NCBI GenBank assembly: GCA_043800255.1
Contig: JAZDNF010000013.1
Coordinates: 128,001-192,000, forward strand
Source of the DNA: Candidatus Altiarchaeota archaeon
Lineage (GTDB): Archaea; Altiarchaeota; Altiarchaeia; IMC4; SCGC-AAA252-I15
Length of the DNA: 64,000 nucleotides
Reading direction: 5' to 3'
The notes below the pieces were generated by a model, which was not told the DNA's origin, did not search any database, and worked only from the letters and a program-made list of their open reading frames with translations. Position numbers and translations under genes: made by a program. Below are positions 29,676-38,929 of this stretch, piece after piece (position 1 is the first letter of the stretch; each line of letters begins with the position of its first letter).

Positions 29676-30491
29676 CTAGACAACCTGAAACTGGAAGACA
29701 ACAGTGCGCACAAACTCCCCCCCAGATTCAGGATCGAACTGTGATGGCTTCTTATGAACCTCAACCAAGAAAGTGCGCACAGGAGAGACATAGAAATCAG
29801 TACGGACCTCGGAAGAGGCTGTGAGAGTATCACCAACCCTGCTGAGACGCACACTAGTAGTGTCAACAGTCCTCGAGAACTTGGAAGAAACCTCAGACGT
29901 GTAAGACTTCTCGAAAGGCTGACTTCTGAGCTCCTCCAGAGACAAATTCATATGATAAACCTCGCCGAACTCGGTAAGATCAGAGGAAAGGGGAAGATGA
30001 TAATTCTCCTCAATGAGAATTGGAAGACCGTCGCTTCTGACAAACAATTGAACCTCCTTCTTCCCAGCAAGCCAGGAATTTTTCACAATATCTAAGGATG
30101 TCGAATTCTTGGAAACAGAGGTTGAATTAAGCTTCCACTTGCCATTAGAGGGAGATAAGATAAGAGAAACCGTCTTAGACTGCTTGGGATTCAGGATAAC
30201 CTCAGCAGATTGGTTGACATAATCCGAGAGAACACGGTAAACGTAGGTTGTAGGCTCAAGCTCAGCGGACGTCAAAGTGAAGACGATACTATAAGAACGG
30301 TTAGAGGAGACCTCATAGACTGGAGTGGAACCGTTAGCATACTGCAGATAGACGGAAGGATCTGGGAGATCAGACTCAACGTTAAAGTAGAGATAAGTGT
30401 CGCCCTCCTTCTCAGGCAGGAAAACCAGCAGGAAAACTGCCCCAATTACCACAACCACCAATATAACCGCAAAATAAACACCAGACTTCAT
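29676..30491 (-). CDS. Membrane-anchored paralog of 28950..29672
   Basis: N-terminal TM; shared FGEVYH.N.S...L...PF motif. Confidence 0.6.
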   Translation of the reverse strand: MKSGVYFAVILVVVVIGAVFLLVFLPEKEGDTYLYFNVESDLPDPSVYLQYANGSTPVYEVSSNRSYSIVFTLTSAELEPTTYVYRVLSDYVNQSAEVILNPKQSKTVSLILSPSNGKWKLNSTSVSKNSTSLDIVKNSWLAGKKEVQLFVRSDGLPILIEENYHLPLSSDLTEFGEVYHMNLSLEELRSQPFEKSYTSEVSSKFSRTVDTTSVRLSRVGDTLTASSEVRTDFYVSPVRTFLVEVHKKPSQFDPESGGEFVRTVVFQFQVV

Positions 30492-30645
30492 TCTAGATAC
30501 TATAGATTGGAAACACCTTAATAAAATACAAAAAGGCTGCGCCCTGCCAGAAAATTGCCGCCAAAAGAAGTTTGACGGGGGATAAAGCCGTAGAACGGAT
30601 TAAAGAGGTACGAGACTGAGAGCACATAGTGGATGACTGCCAAAA

Positions 30646-30689
30646 GTGTTCAATAACAGTGAACAATATTGTTCATCAGCAATGAACAC
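30646..30689. promoter_or_regulatory. Tandem palindromic operator-like sites, 2x TGTTCA-N7-TGAACA
   Basis: Half-sites at 30647-52/30660-65 and 30670-75/30683-88, symmetric about AATATT. Confidence 0.55.
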
Positions 30690-30694
30690 GTTTA

Positions 30695-30790
30695 GACTAC
30701 CAGCAAGTACGATACTTGGAAGAGGCTGGAATGACAAAGCGGGAACACCCCTACGGGAGAAACGTGCCCGCACTGACGCTGGGATATGCT
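30695..30790 (+). pseudogene. Remnant of a paralog of the 32473..34029 membrane gene
   Basis: Translates DYQQVRYLEEAGMTKREHPYGRN versus DYQQVQYLQEHQSINWAHPYGRN at 32581, ungapped; identical 18-mer CACCCCTACGGGAGAAAC. Confidence 0.75.
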
Positions 30791-30795
30791 TATCG

Positions 30796-30827
30796 TATTG
30801 CGCAATAAGTTAGATTATTGCTCAATA
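30796..30827. promoter_or_regulatory. Two palindromes TATTGCGCAATA and TATTGCTCAATA, 20 bp apart, upstream of abiEi
   Basis: Perfect 12-bp palindrome at 30796-807 and a one-mismatch copy at 30816-827. Confidence 0.55.
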
Positions 30828-30932
30828 GGAGGATCGAATCGCCTAAAGCCATGAATCATGAGCGTCAAGAACCGCCGGTCATATATCGGTGGAATACCGC
30901 ATTTAAATAGTTATAAAACATATAGAGTTATA

Positions 30933-31712
30933 ATGATAAAAACAACACAACATGATATAGATTATAGGGGGATATCCAAAAACGAACGATACCTCACAGA
31001 CCTCATAAAAGAGAACAATTTGACAGTATTCGGGGTCCGGGAGGTATACAGACTAAGCTCCTGGAACAAGACGAGAGTGCACAACACACTCCACACGCTA
31101 AAAGAAAAAAGGAGGATAACAAGGATAAAAAGAGACAAGTACGCGCTAAAAGACGAAATAAACCAAAAAACATTCGAAATAGCGACGACAACAATAAGGC
31201 CATCATACATCAGCTTCTGGACGGCACTAAACCACTACGGTTACACAGACCAACAGATAAGACAAGTGCAGGTAATAACAACAAAACAACAAAAGACCAT
31301 AAGATTCGACAACCACACGATAGAGGTAACAACATTTCAACCCAGAAGATTCTACGGATACAAAAGAGAGGAGGAGTACACGATAGCGGAAAAAGAGAAA
31401 GCGCTGGTGGACTCCCTGCACCTGCCGGAAAAATGCGGCGGATTCAACGAATACGCACAAAACCTTGAAAACGCCATGGAAGACATCGACCAAAAAAAAC
31501 TTATAGACTACGTCATCAGATTCAAAAACAAAACCCTCACCTCCAGAGCAGGCTACATGCTCGAAACCTTAGGAATAGAGGCTGGAAAACTTCAAAAACA
31601 CAAATCAGAAACCTACGTCAAACTAAACCCTGAAAACGAGGGAACAGGAGAACACAACAGGAGATGGAATATAATAATCAACCAGAAACAGAGTAGAAAG
31701 GCGATAGGATGA
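30933..31712 (+). CDS. Type IV TA antitoxin, AbiEi-like transcriptional regulator
   Basis: wHTH (L...RIKRDKY), PSYISFWTAL..YG..DQ, A..EKALVD, RAGY; TTTAAATA at 30902-09 supports ATG 30933. Confidence 0.85.
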   Translation: MIKTTQHDIDYRGISKNERYLTDLIKENNLTVFGVREVYRLSSWNKTRVHNTLHTLKEKRRITRIKRDKYALKDEINQKTFEIATTTIRPSYISFWTALNHYGYTDQQIRQVQVITTKQQKTIRFDNHTIEVTTFQPRRFYGYKREEEYTIAEKEKALVDSLHLPEKCGGFNEYAQNLENAMEDIDQKKLIDYVIRFKNKTLTSRAGYMLETLGIEAGKLQKHKSETYVKLNPENEGTGEHNRRWNIIINQKQSRKAIG

Positions 31713-32476
31713 TAACAAAGGAGGAACTGGAAAAGATAACAAGGACCGGCAACTTAAACCTATACCAACAAGAGAAGGATTACCTGCTGAAGACCTTCCT
31801 ATACAACTACTACAAGAGATTCGACAACGCAATATTCAAAGGAGGCACATGCATAAAATACTTATACGGGTTAGACAGATTCTCCGAAGACCTCGACTTC
31901 AACCTCAAAAACACACCAAAGAAATTCAAAAAAGAAGTGGAGGAAACGCTCAAGGAAATCGGCAGGCTAGGAATAACAAACAACTTCAAAAAAGAAGAGA
32001 CGTTCGAAGACGCATACACCTGCGAGATAAACTTCCAAGGCCCCCTATCAGTAGAGGGAAAAACCCGGAACAAATTCAGGATAGACGCCGGCAAGAGAAC
32101 GGGAACGATAAGAAAACCAAAATGGGGACTAATACGCTCAGAATACCCGGAAACGCCCCAGAATTTCCTAATCCTGACCATGGAAGAACAAGAGATGCTA
32201 GCGGAAAAGATGATAACGCTAGTTGAGAGGAACAAAGGAAGAGACATCTACGACACCTGGTTCCTGCTAAAAAAAGGTGTGAAAATAGATCAAAAACTCA
32301 TAGAAAAGAAATCACAAACAAAAGACACGCTGAAGAGGATAGAGGAGGGAAAATTTCCCGCAAAACAAGAATACGAAAGAGACATGAAAAGACTAACGAC
32401 CAGGGTTATACCTTATGACCAGATGATACAAGAGATAAGAGAAAACATAAACAAATCAATCAGAAAGACACCATGA
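31709..32476 (+). CDS. Type IV TA toxin, AbiEii/AbiGii nucleotidyltransferase
   Basis: EKDY, FKGGT...Y...RFSEDLDF, AEK, R.KGRDIYD; ATGA overlap with the antitoxin. Confidence 0.9.
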   Translation: MITKEELEKITRTGNLNLYQQEKDYLLKTFLYNYYKRFDNAIFKGGTCIKYLYGLDRFSEDLDFNLKNTPKKFKKEVEETLKEIGRLGITNNFKKEETFEDAYTCEINFQGPLSVEGKTRNKFRIDAGKRTGTIRKPKWGLIRSEYPETPQNFLILTMEEQEMLAEKMITLVERNKGRDIYDTWFLLKKGVKIDQKLIEKKSQTKDTLKRIEEGKFPAKQEYERDMKRLTTRVIPYDQMIQEIRENINKSIRKTP

Positions 32477-34029
32477 GCAAGAACAAAGGCATGCTGGCAG
32501 CGATAATAATACTCGGATTCCTGCTCAGAGTGTACCCGTACCTGCTGTACCCCTACCTGCTGACCAACGACGCGATGCGAGACTACCAGCAGGTGCAGTA
32601 CCTGCAGGAACATCAGAGTATAAATTGGGCGCACCCCTACGGGAGAAACCCAACACTGCATCTGACAGTGTACCTGGCGGGGCTGATAGGGGGAGCGGAC
32701 ACATGGACCCTCAACCTGATACTGCCACAACTGATAAGCGCACTAGGAATACTATTCTACTACCTCCTGCTGAGAAGATGGGCAGGAGAGAAGACCGCGC
32801 TCGCAGGCGCGCTGCTGGTAGCAGCATATGGACCTAATATTTGGTGGGGAGCGCAAGTAGTCAGAGAGACTATAGGACTGTTCATGCTCCCGTTTGTGCT
32901 GTACTCCTTTGACAGGTACGCTAGAGAAGGGAGAAAGTGGCTGCTTGTGCTGACTGCAGCCTACCTGACGATGCTGGTAACGCACAACTGGACCACGCTG
33001 ATAACAGTTGGGATGACAGCAGTGCTCGCGCTCACAAGATACCAGAACAGGAAGACGATAGAGGCGGCGGCGATGATGGCAGCCACAGGAATAATCTATG
33101 CGGGACTGAGATACGGGTGGTACCTGAAATGGGCTGACGGTTGGGCGGGAGCAGGGATGGTAGTGACGGCGCTAGTAATTACGATAGTGCTCTACAAGGT
33201 AGGTGGGAACATCAGAGGATGGAAGATGCGGGAGAGGAAAACTTCATGGACTCTAACAGCCGCAGCATACACGATAATATTCGCGGCAGCGGTAACATAC
33301 ATGAACAGTCTGCTAGTATTCGAATACCCGCCGCAGGAGTACTTGAGCATCTACCTGCTCGGACTTCTGACGGTGATAGGACTGACAAAGATGAAAGACC
33401 ACCAAGTTCACATTCCAATGCTGCTCACGAACCTGCCGCTCATAGGGCTGCTGGCAATTGGAGTATACTTCGGAACAAACGCAGACTATGACGCAACCAG
33501 GATAATAGAGTACATGATATACCCGAACGCGATGATAGCTGCTGTAGGGTTGAATTCGTTCAAAGGAGCGAGAAAGAGCCTGCTGATAATCCTGATAATT
33601 TTGGGCGGACTGCTCACATACCCGCCAGTGTTCCTGCTCGGAAAACAGATACCTGAAGAAAGCATATTCTATGACATCAGGTCGCACATCAGATACCTGC
33701 CGGATGAGGCGTTGGAGACTATGATGTGGGGGCAGGCGAATGGATACAGGATAGTGTCAGCGAACCCGAACTACAACAGCCTCAGAGACGTGCTGTACCC
33801 GGCAGACGGAAGGAATGCACTGCTGGTGTCAGAATACGACTACAAGATAAGGGACCAATACCAGAAAGTCAGGATAGGCGAGGTAGGCATAGGAAACCCT
33901 GAAAAGGCGATAAAAGCCTCAGAAGGGAAGAGAATACTGTACGAAAACAGGTGGGCGAAAGTCTACGAGATGGATAACCTAACAGAAGAAGACATCCTAG
34001 GAGAATACGTGTCAAAACTGAGAGGCTAA
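32473..34029 (+). CDS. Polytopic membrane protein, GT-C/PMT-like
   Basis: TM1-LRVYP...ND..RD luminal acidic motif, about 12 TMs, RE.IG, H..T, C-terminal LYEN...VY. Confidence 0.55.
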   Translation: MSKNKGMLAAIIILGFLLRVYPYLLYPYLLTNDAMRDYQQVQYLQEHQSINWAHPYGRNPTLHLTVYLAGLIGGADTWTLNLILPQLISALGILFYYLLLRRWAGEKTALAGALLVAAYGPNIWWGAQVVRETIGLFMLPFVLYSFDRYAREGRKWLLVLTAAYLTMLVTHNWTTLITVGMTAVLALTRYQNRKTIEAAAMMAATGIIYAGLRYGWYLKWADGWAGAGMVVTALVITIVLYKVGGNIRGWKMRERKTSWTLTAAAYTIIFAAAVTYMNSLLVFEYPPQEYLSIYLLGLLTVIGLTKMKDHQVHIPMLLTNLPLIGLLAIGVYFGTNADYDATRIIEYMIYPNAMIAAVGLNSFKGARKSLLIILIILGGLLTYPPVFLLGKQIPEESIFYDIRSHIRYLPDEALETMMWGQANGYRIVSANPNYNSLRDVLYPADGRNALLVSEYDYKIRDQYQKVRIGEVGIGNPEKAIKASEGKRILYENRWAKVYEMDNLTEEDILGEYVSKLRG

Positions 34030-35238
34030 CTTCTTTCTTAAAAGCAGAGCTGTGGGAACGGACACGGCCAGGGAGCCGAAGATGAGGCTGACGGCGGAGC
34101 CGATGATGCCGAAACTGGGGACGAGGACGAAAAAGGAGAGAAGATAGACGAGCAAGCCGAATAGGGAGTTAATCGTCCCAAGTTTAGGAAACCCCAGACC
34201 GAAGACAACCGACAAAAGAATAGAGCCGACGCCGAGGACAGACATCCCGAAGACGAGAAAGGGGAGGACGAAGCTGGCAGAGACGAACGAGTCTGGAAAG
34301 AGGAGAGCGATAATATGCTTAGAGAACAACAGGGTAAAAAGATTGCCCAAAAGTAGGAGAACAGACAAGGAAAAGAAGAGCGGCCTCAGCCGCAGCTTCT
34401 CCTGGGAGGAGGATACGGCAGGCAAAACGACAAGAGAGACTGCGAAACAGACATAATAGGCGGCGCGAGAAACCAAAGCAGAACCCAAATACAAGCCGAT
34501 GACAGTATTAGGCACCCCGAGAAACTTCAAGAGTATGCTATCAGACCGCAACAGTATGTTAAATATTATCACAGCGATGGAAACGTGAAAGGAGAAAAAG
34601 ACAACCCTCCGGATGAGACGGAAATCAACGCTCCTCAAGGAGATATACTTATGAAGGCGGACGAGAAGATAGACGAGAGCGACAAGGCTGCCGGCGAAGA
34701 AGCCGGCGAGAGCGCCGAACAAGCCGAACGCCAGATAGACCAGAAGAACAGACACTACCACCTTCACAAGAGCGTTCAACAGCATCGTGACCGAGAGGTC
34801 GACCATACGCTGAAGACCCTGGAAGAGGTTGCCGGACAAGGCTGAGAAGACATAAAAGGGCAGGATGACCGAAACCAGGGCAAGAGGGATGCGAAGGTCA
34901 GGCACGCCAAGGAAGGGAAGGAGGAAAAGGCTCACGATGAAGAGGAGAACAGAGATGGAGACGACGAGAATCAGCTCGAGGAGAACGCCGTTAAAGATGT
35001 AATCCCTCACCCTGTTGATTTCAACGTCCTCGCTGATGAACTTCGCCAGAGAAAAGCCGACACCGTAGGTTAAGACGATGGTGAGGATGCCCAGAACAGC
35101 AAGAGAGACCCCCAGCAAGCCGAAATCGTCAGGCGAAAGATAATGAGCCATGAAAAGCTGATACAAGTACTCCAAGAAGAGAGCGCCCAACGTGGACCCG
35201 CCCACATAAACCGAACCCCTTAATATTTGTTTAAGCAT
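34012..35238 (-). CDS. Oligosaccharide flippase (Wzx/RfbX)
   Basis: YLSPDDFGLL, FQGLQRM, D.ILLK....IGLY, LVPSFGIIGSA. Start MLKQ at 35238. Confidence 0.85.
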   Translation of the reverse strand: MLKQILRGSVYVGGSTLGALFLEYLYQLFMAHYLSPDDFGLLGVSLAVLGILTIVLTYGVGFSLAKFISEDVEINRVRDYIFNGVLLELILVVSISVLLFIVSLFLLPFLGVPDLRIPLALVSVILPFYVFSALSGNLFQGLQRMVDLSVTMLLNALVKVVVSVLLVYLAFGLFGALAGFFAGSLVALVYLLVRLHKYISLRSVDFRLIRRVVFFSFHVSIAVIIFNILLRSDSILLKFLGVPNTVIGLYLGSALVSRAAYYVCFAVSLVVLPAVSSSQEKLRLRPLFFSLSVLLLLGNLFTLLFSKHIIALLFPDSFVSASFVLPFLVFGMSVLGVGSILLSVVFGLGFPKLGTINSLFGLLVYLLSFFVLVPSFGIIGSAVSLIFGSLAVSVPTALLLRKKLASQF

Positions 35239-36604
35239 TTTGCAACAGGAGGAAACCGCTCTCGTTCCTGATGATATTCCAGCTGCTGATGTAAGAATCC
35301 GCACTCTCCCTGTAGTTGACAGCAGGCCACTCGGCATTCCGGTAGTCGATGATAAGGTATTCGGTGCCTGAGGGTACGCCGCCCCGGTTGAACAAGTGGA
35401 GATGATACCTGCCTGATAGAGCTGGAGTCAGACGGTGATCAGCTGAGACGCTGGCATCAGATGGGATGAGGGAGACCATGTCCCAGGCTATGGCGTCCCT
35501 CGCTTCCAAAGAGAAGGGCGGAGCCCGGACTGAGAGGATGATGAGATTGGAAACTAAGGTCGCGGCGAGGAGGGCGACGAGAAGGTGCTTCATTTTGATG
35601 AACCGCGAGAGTCTCTTAACACCATAGACCGCGGAGAGGAAGAGGAATGGGACAAGAGCAGCATGGTACTGCGTGTATATCGCATACTGCCACCGGTAAT
35701 CTGCCAGCAGGTTCTGGGCGAAGATTGGAAGCCCTAAGAGGATGACAGGAGACGCAAGCGACAGGAAAGCCAGAGGTGACAGCAGGATGAGAAGATACAG
35801 TATCTTCTCAGGCATGAGAGCGAAACCGAGAACCTTGAAGGGGCTGCCAGCTAAGGTTGAAGCCATCCGCGTAGGCGAATCCCCCAGAGTGGAATAACGG
35901 TTATAGAACTTGTAAGAGGCGCCTAGATAGTGGGGAATGACAACCTGGGTGGCAAGGTAAAACCAGAGGACACTCAAAACGAAAGTTGAAACCCACCATT
36001 TTGGAGTCATCCTCCTGTAGAGAGCGTAGAATGAGAACATTAGAGTCACCAATGGGATGTTCTCCTTGCAGGACATGGCCAGTAGGATGAAAAGAATGTA
36101 TCTGGAGAAGCTGCCAATCCTCAGATGATAGAATGCGTAAAGCAGCAGGGGGGCTGCGAAGATCTCAGTATGGAATTCAGCCAGATTCAGATAGTGGAGT
36201 GGGGGATAAAGTAGGTAGGATAGGGAGAACACTAAGGCAGCCTTAACCCCCAGCTCGGCCTCAGCGATCCTGTACAGTGGGAAGACGCCGAGAGTGAGGG
36301 CGAGCGTCTGCAGTGCTAGTAGAGTCAGAGGATGGGGAATCAGCTTATACGGAAATGCGAACAGCAACAGTATCGGAGAGAAGTGCTCGCTCAGGAAGGT
36401 GTTGTTCTTGTACAATGAACTGTAAAAGAGATTACCGTGGGAGGTGGCCCACACCACCTGGTTGAAGGCTGTCAGATCATAGCCGTAGGAGAAGGAGACA
36501 TACTTTAGAAAGCAGATGGTGGAGAACAGCAGGAAGTACGCGACAGCGAACAACGTCAGAGTCCTGCGAGGATTCTTGAGGATATTATTAGCGGACTGGA
36601 ACAT
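35231..36604 (-). CDS. DUF2079 family membrane protein (GT-C-like)
   Basis: YDL..FNQ..W, HFSPIL, P..LL.LQ, EFH.E, KE, QY.A, IPSDASVSA. Confidence 0.8.
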   Translation of the reverse strand: MFQSANNILKNPRRTLTLFAVAYFLLFSTICFLKYVSFSYGYDLTAFNQVVWATSHGNLFYSSLYKNNTFLSEHFSPILLLFAFPYKLIPHPLTLLALQTLALTLGVFPLYRIAEAELGVKAALVFSLSYLLYPPLHYLNLAEFHTEIFAAPLLLYAFYHLRIGSFSRYILFILLAMSCKENIPLVTLMFSFYALYRRMTPKWWVSTFVLSVLWFYLATQVVIPHYLGASYKFYNRYSTLGDSPTRMASTLAGSPFKVLGFALMPEKILYLLILLSPLAFLSLASPVILLGLPIFAQNLLADYRWQYAIYTQYHAALVPFLFLSAVYGVKRLSRFIKMKHLLVALLAATLVSNLIILSVRAPPFSLEARDAIAWDMVSLIPSDASVSADHRLTPALSGRYHLHLFNRGGVPSGTEYLIIDYRNAEWPAVNYRESADSYISSWNIIRNESGFLLLQNA

Positions 36605-36612
36605 GCGGACCA

Positions 36613-37734
36613 CTAGAGGGATTTGTAAACCTCCTCCACCTTTTCAGCTATGCTGTCCCAGTCATGATTTTTTGCCACATTCGCAGCCTTCTCGCCCATC
36701 AGAGAGCGCCTCTTCTCATTGTGCAGCAATGCTCTGATGTTCTCGGCCAGAACCTTCTCAGAAGGCTTGCATATGAGGCCTGTGATGCCGTCCTCGACAA
36801 GCTCCACCGCGGCGCTATTCTTATAGTCCAAGACTATGACAGGAAGGTTGCAGGCGTTAGCCTCCAACACGACGATGCCGAAACCCTCCCTGCTGGAGGG
36901 GAGGACGAAAACCTTCGAAGACTTCATGATCGACATGAGGTCGTCATAATCCTGGAAGCCGAAGAAGGTCACATTATCGCTAATGCCCAGCTCTTTTGAA
37001 AGCGCAATCAGGTTGGACTTCTCAGGGCCGTCGCCTATGATGACGCACTTTATCTTCTCAGGCACGAGCTTGACAGCCCTCAGGAGGAGCGGAATGTTCT
37101 TGTCACTTATTAATCTGCCGGCGAATACCACATCGAACTTGGACTCACGCGGTTTGACGCTGTTGATGAACTTCACGTCAATCCCGTTATAGACGACGGA
37201 AATCTTCTTAGGATTGACCCTCGCCTTTATCAGGTCGTTCCGAGTCTTGCGGGAGACTGCGATAATCTTCTGAGGGAGGAAGCCGCACACGAACTCGACT
37301 ATGCCTCCTATGAAACCGAGAACCCCCAGGTAGTAGTACCAGTAGGAGCCCCACACCTCATGCCAGGTGACGATGAACGGCCTCCTGTTCAGGTAAGAGT
37401 AGAATTTGACGACGACGATCGGGAAATACGGGAACTGGTTGCAGTCGACGATGTCGAAGCTCTCCCACAGCAGCTTCGGGAAAAGCTTCACTGAGAAGTA
37501 GATGGCCTGCCAGAAGGAACGCCTGCCGGAGCCCCTGTAGAGGGTCATCGGCCTGCAGACGCCGTGCAGGTGGACGCCGTCTTTGACGATGTCATCGTTG
37601 CCGTCCCAGAACTTCATGGAATAGATGTGAACCTCATGCTGCTTTGACAGGCGCTTGGCAAGCTCCCAGATACGCTTCTCACAGCCGCCCTTAACGTAAG
37701 GGTACATTACGTCAGAGATGTAAGCTATCCTCAT
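36613..37734 (-). CDS. Glycosyltransferase family 4
   Basis: YPYVKGG.E, TWHE, NGID, GRL...KN, PS.REGFGIVVLEA. Confidence 0.92.
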   Translation of the reverse strand: MRIAYISDVMYPYVKGGCEKRIWELAKRLSKQHEVHIYSMKFWDGNDDIVKDGVHLHGVCRPMTLYRGSGRRSFWQAIYFSVKLFPKLLWESFDIVDCNQFPYFPIVVVKFYSYLNRRPFIVTWHEVWGSYWYYYLGVLGFIGGIVEFVCGFLPQKIIAVSRKTRNDLIKARVNPKKISVVYNGIDVKFINSVKPRESKFDVVFAGRLISDKNIPLLLRAVKLVPEKIKCVIIGDGPEKSNLIALSKELGISDNVTFFGFQDYDDLMSIMKSSKVFVLPSSREGFGIVVLEANACNLPVIVLDYKNSAAVELVEDGITGLICKPSEKVLAENIRALLHNEKRRSLMGEKAANVAKNHDWDSIAEKVEEVYKSL

Positions 37735-38890
37735 CAGACTCCCTCCTCCCCAATAGTAAAACACTTAGGAACAAGGCCGAAAAAATAAGCTGAACCCCGA
37801 AGAACATCAGAGTAGATGCTAATATCGCATTCCTCAGCTCCGAAAGCTCCCCGAATCCTGTGTTAATCCATCCTAAGAATATCCTCAATGCAACTGCAAA
37901 ACCTGATAGGAATATTATGACACCTGCCACAAGCTCCCTCTCAAGGGAGTTATACTTCAACAACGCCTTCGAGAATCTGCCAGGCTCCTTCAAGCCCATT
38001 ATAACAGAATAGACTCTCGTGAAAATCCCCAATATGATGATCTGAAGGCCGAGGACGACGAGGAGGTTCCCCAACACCATCGGGTGGATGTCCACCAGGA
38101 AATTATCGCCGCCGAATGAGAGTTCAACAGGGCCTGCGACCAGCACCACTACCAGAGCGAAGCCAGCGAGGAACAGCAATGCCCCGGGGATTATGAAAAA
38201 GCTCGTTGGATTGTAGAGCATCATGAAACGGAGGTGACGCCAGCCATCGGAGAAGGAGCTCAGCTTAGGCTTCCCGCAGCTCCTCGCCCTGTACGAGATT
38301 GGAACCTCCACCATCCTGAGCTTGTTCCTGGCAGCCTCGATGAGCATCTCAGAGGCGAACTCCATACCCCCTGTTTTAAGGTTCATCTTGTCCAGCGCCG
38401 CCCTAGTGAACGCCCGCATCCCGCAGTGGGAGTCGCTGATGTTGGTACCGAACAAACGGTTGAGGAAGAATGTGAGAATCGGGTTGCCGACGTGCCTGTG
38501 AAGCCACGGCATGGCGCCAGGCTCGATACTGCCCTTCATCCTCGAGCCGATGACAAAGTCCGCCCTGCCGTCTGCGATCGGTCTTATGAAATCAGGCAGC
38601 GTCTCCAGAGGGTAGGTGCCGTCAGCGTCTGCCATCACCAGAATATCACCACGAGCGCTCGAGAAACCTGAGATGTAGGCGTTGCCGTAGCCGCGCTTAT
38701 CCTCGGATACTACTCTGGCGCCGGCCTTCTCAGCCTCAGAGGCAGTGCTGTCAGAGGAGCCGTTATCCACCACCAGTATTTCAACGTCAAATCCCACCCG
38801 CTTGAGGGCGTCCTTGGGAACTGACCGTACGGTACCGCCCACAGAACCCTCCTCATTCAACGCCGGTATGACAACAGACACGCGATGCAT
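37712..38890 (-). CDS. Glycosyltransferase family 2 (polyprenol-phosphate sugar synthase, DPM1-like) with C-terminal TMs
   Basis: IPALNEE, VVDNGSSD, GYGNA, DADGTY, GSR, DSHCGMR, EFASEM, EVPI.Y..R. Confidence 0.9.
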   Translation of the reverse strand: MHRVSVVIPALNEEGSVGGTVRSVPKDALKRVGFDVEILVVDNGSSDSTASEAEKAGARVVSEDKRGYGNAYISGFSSARGDILVMADADGTYPLETLPDFIRPIADGRADFVIGSRMKGSIEPGAMPWLHRHVGNPILTFFLNRLFGTNISDSHCGMRAFTRAALDKMNLKTGGMEFASEMLIEAARNKLRMVEVPISYRARSCGKPKLSSFSDGWRHLRFMMLYNPTSFFIIPGALLFLAGFALVVVLVAGPVELSFGGDNFLVDIHPMVLGNLLVVLGLQIIILGIFTRVYSVIMGLKEPGRFSKALLKYNSLERELVAGVIIFLSGFAVALRIFLGWINTGFGELSELRNAILASTLMFFGVQLIFSALFLSVLLLGRRESDEDSLHL

Positions 38891-38929
38891 TTTAAGGTTA
38901 TATAGTATAACAAGAATAAGTAAAAGGCG

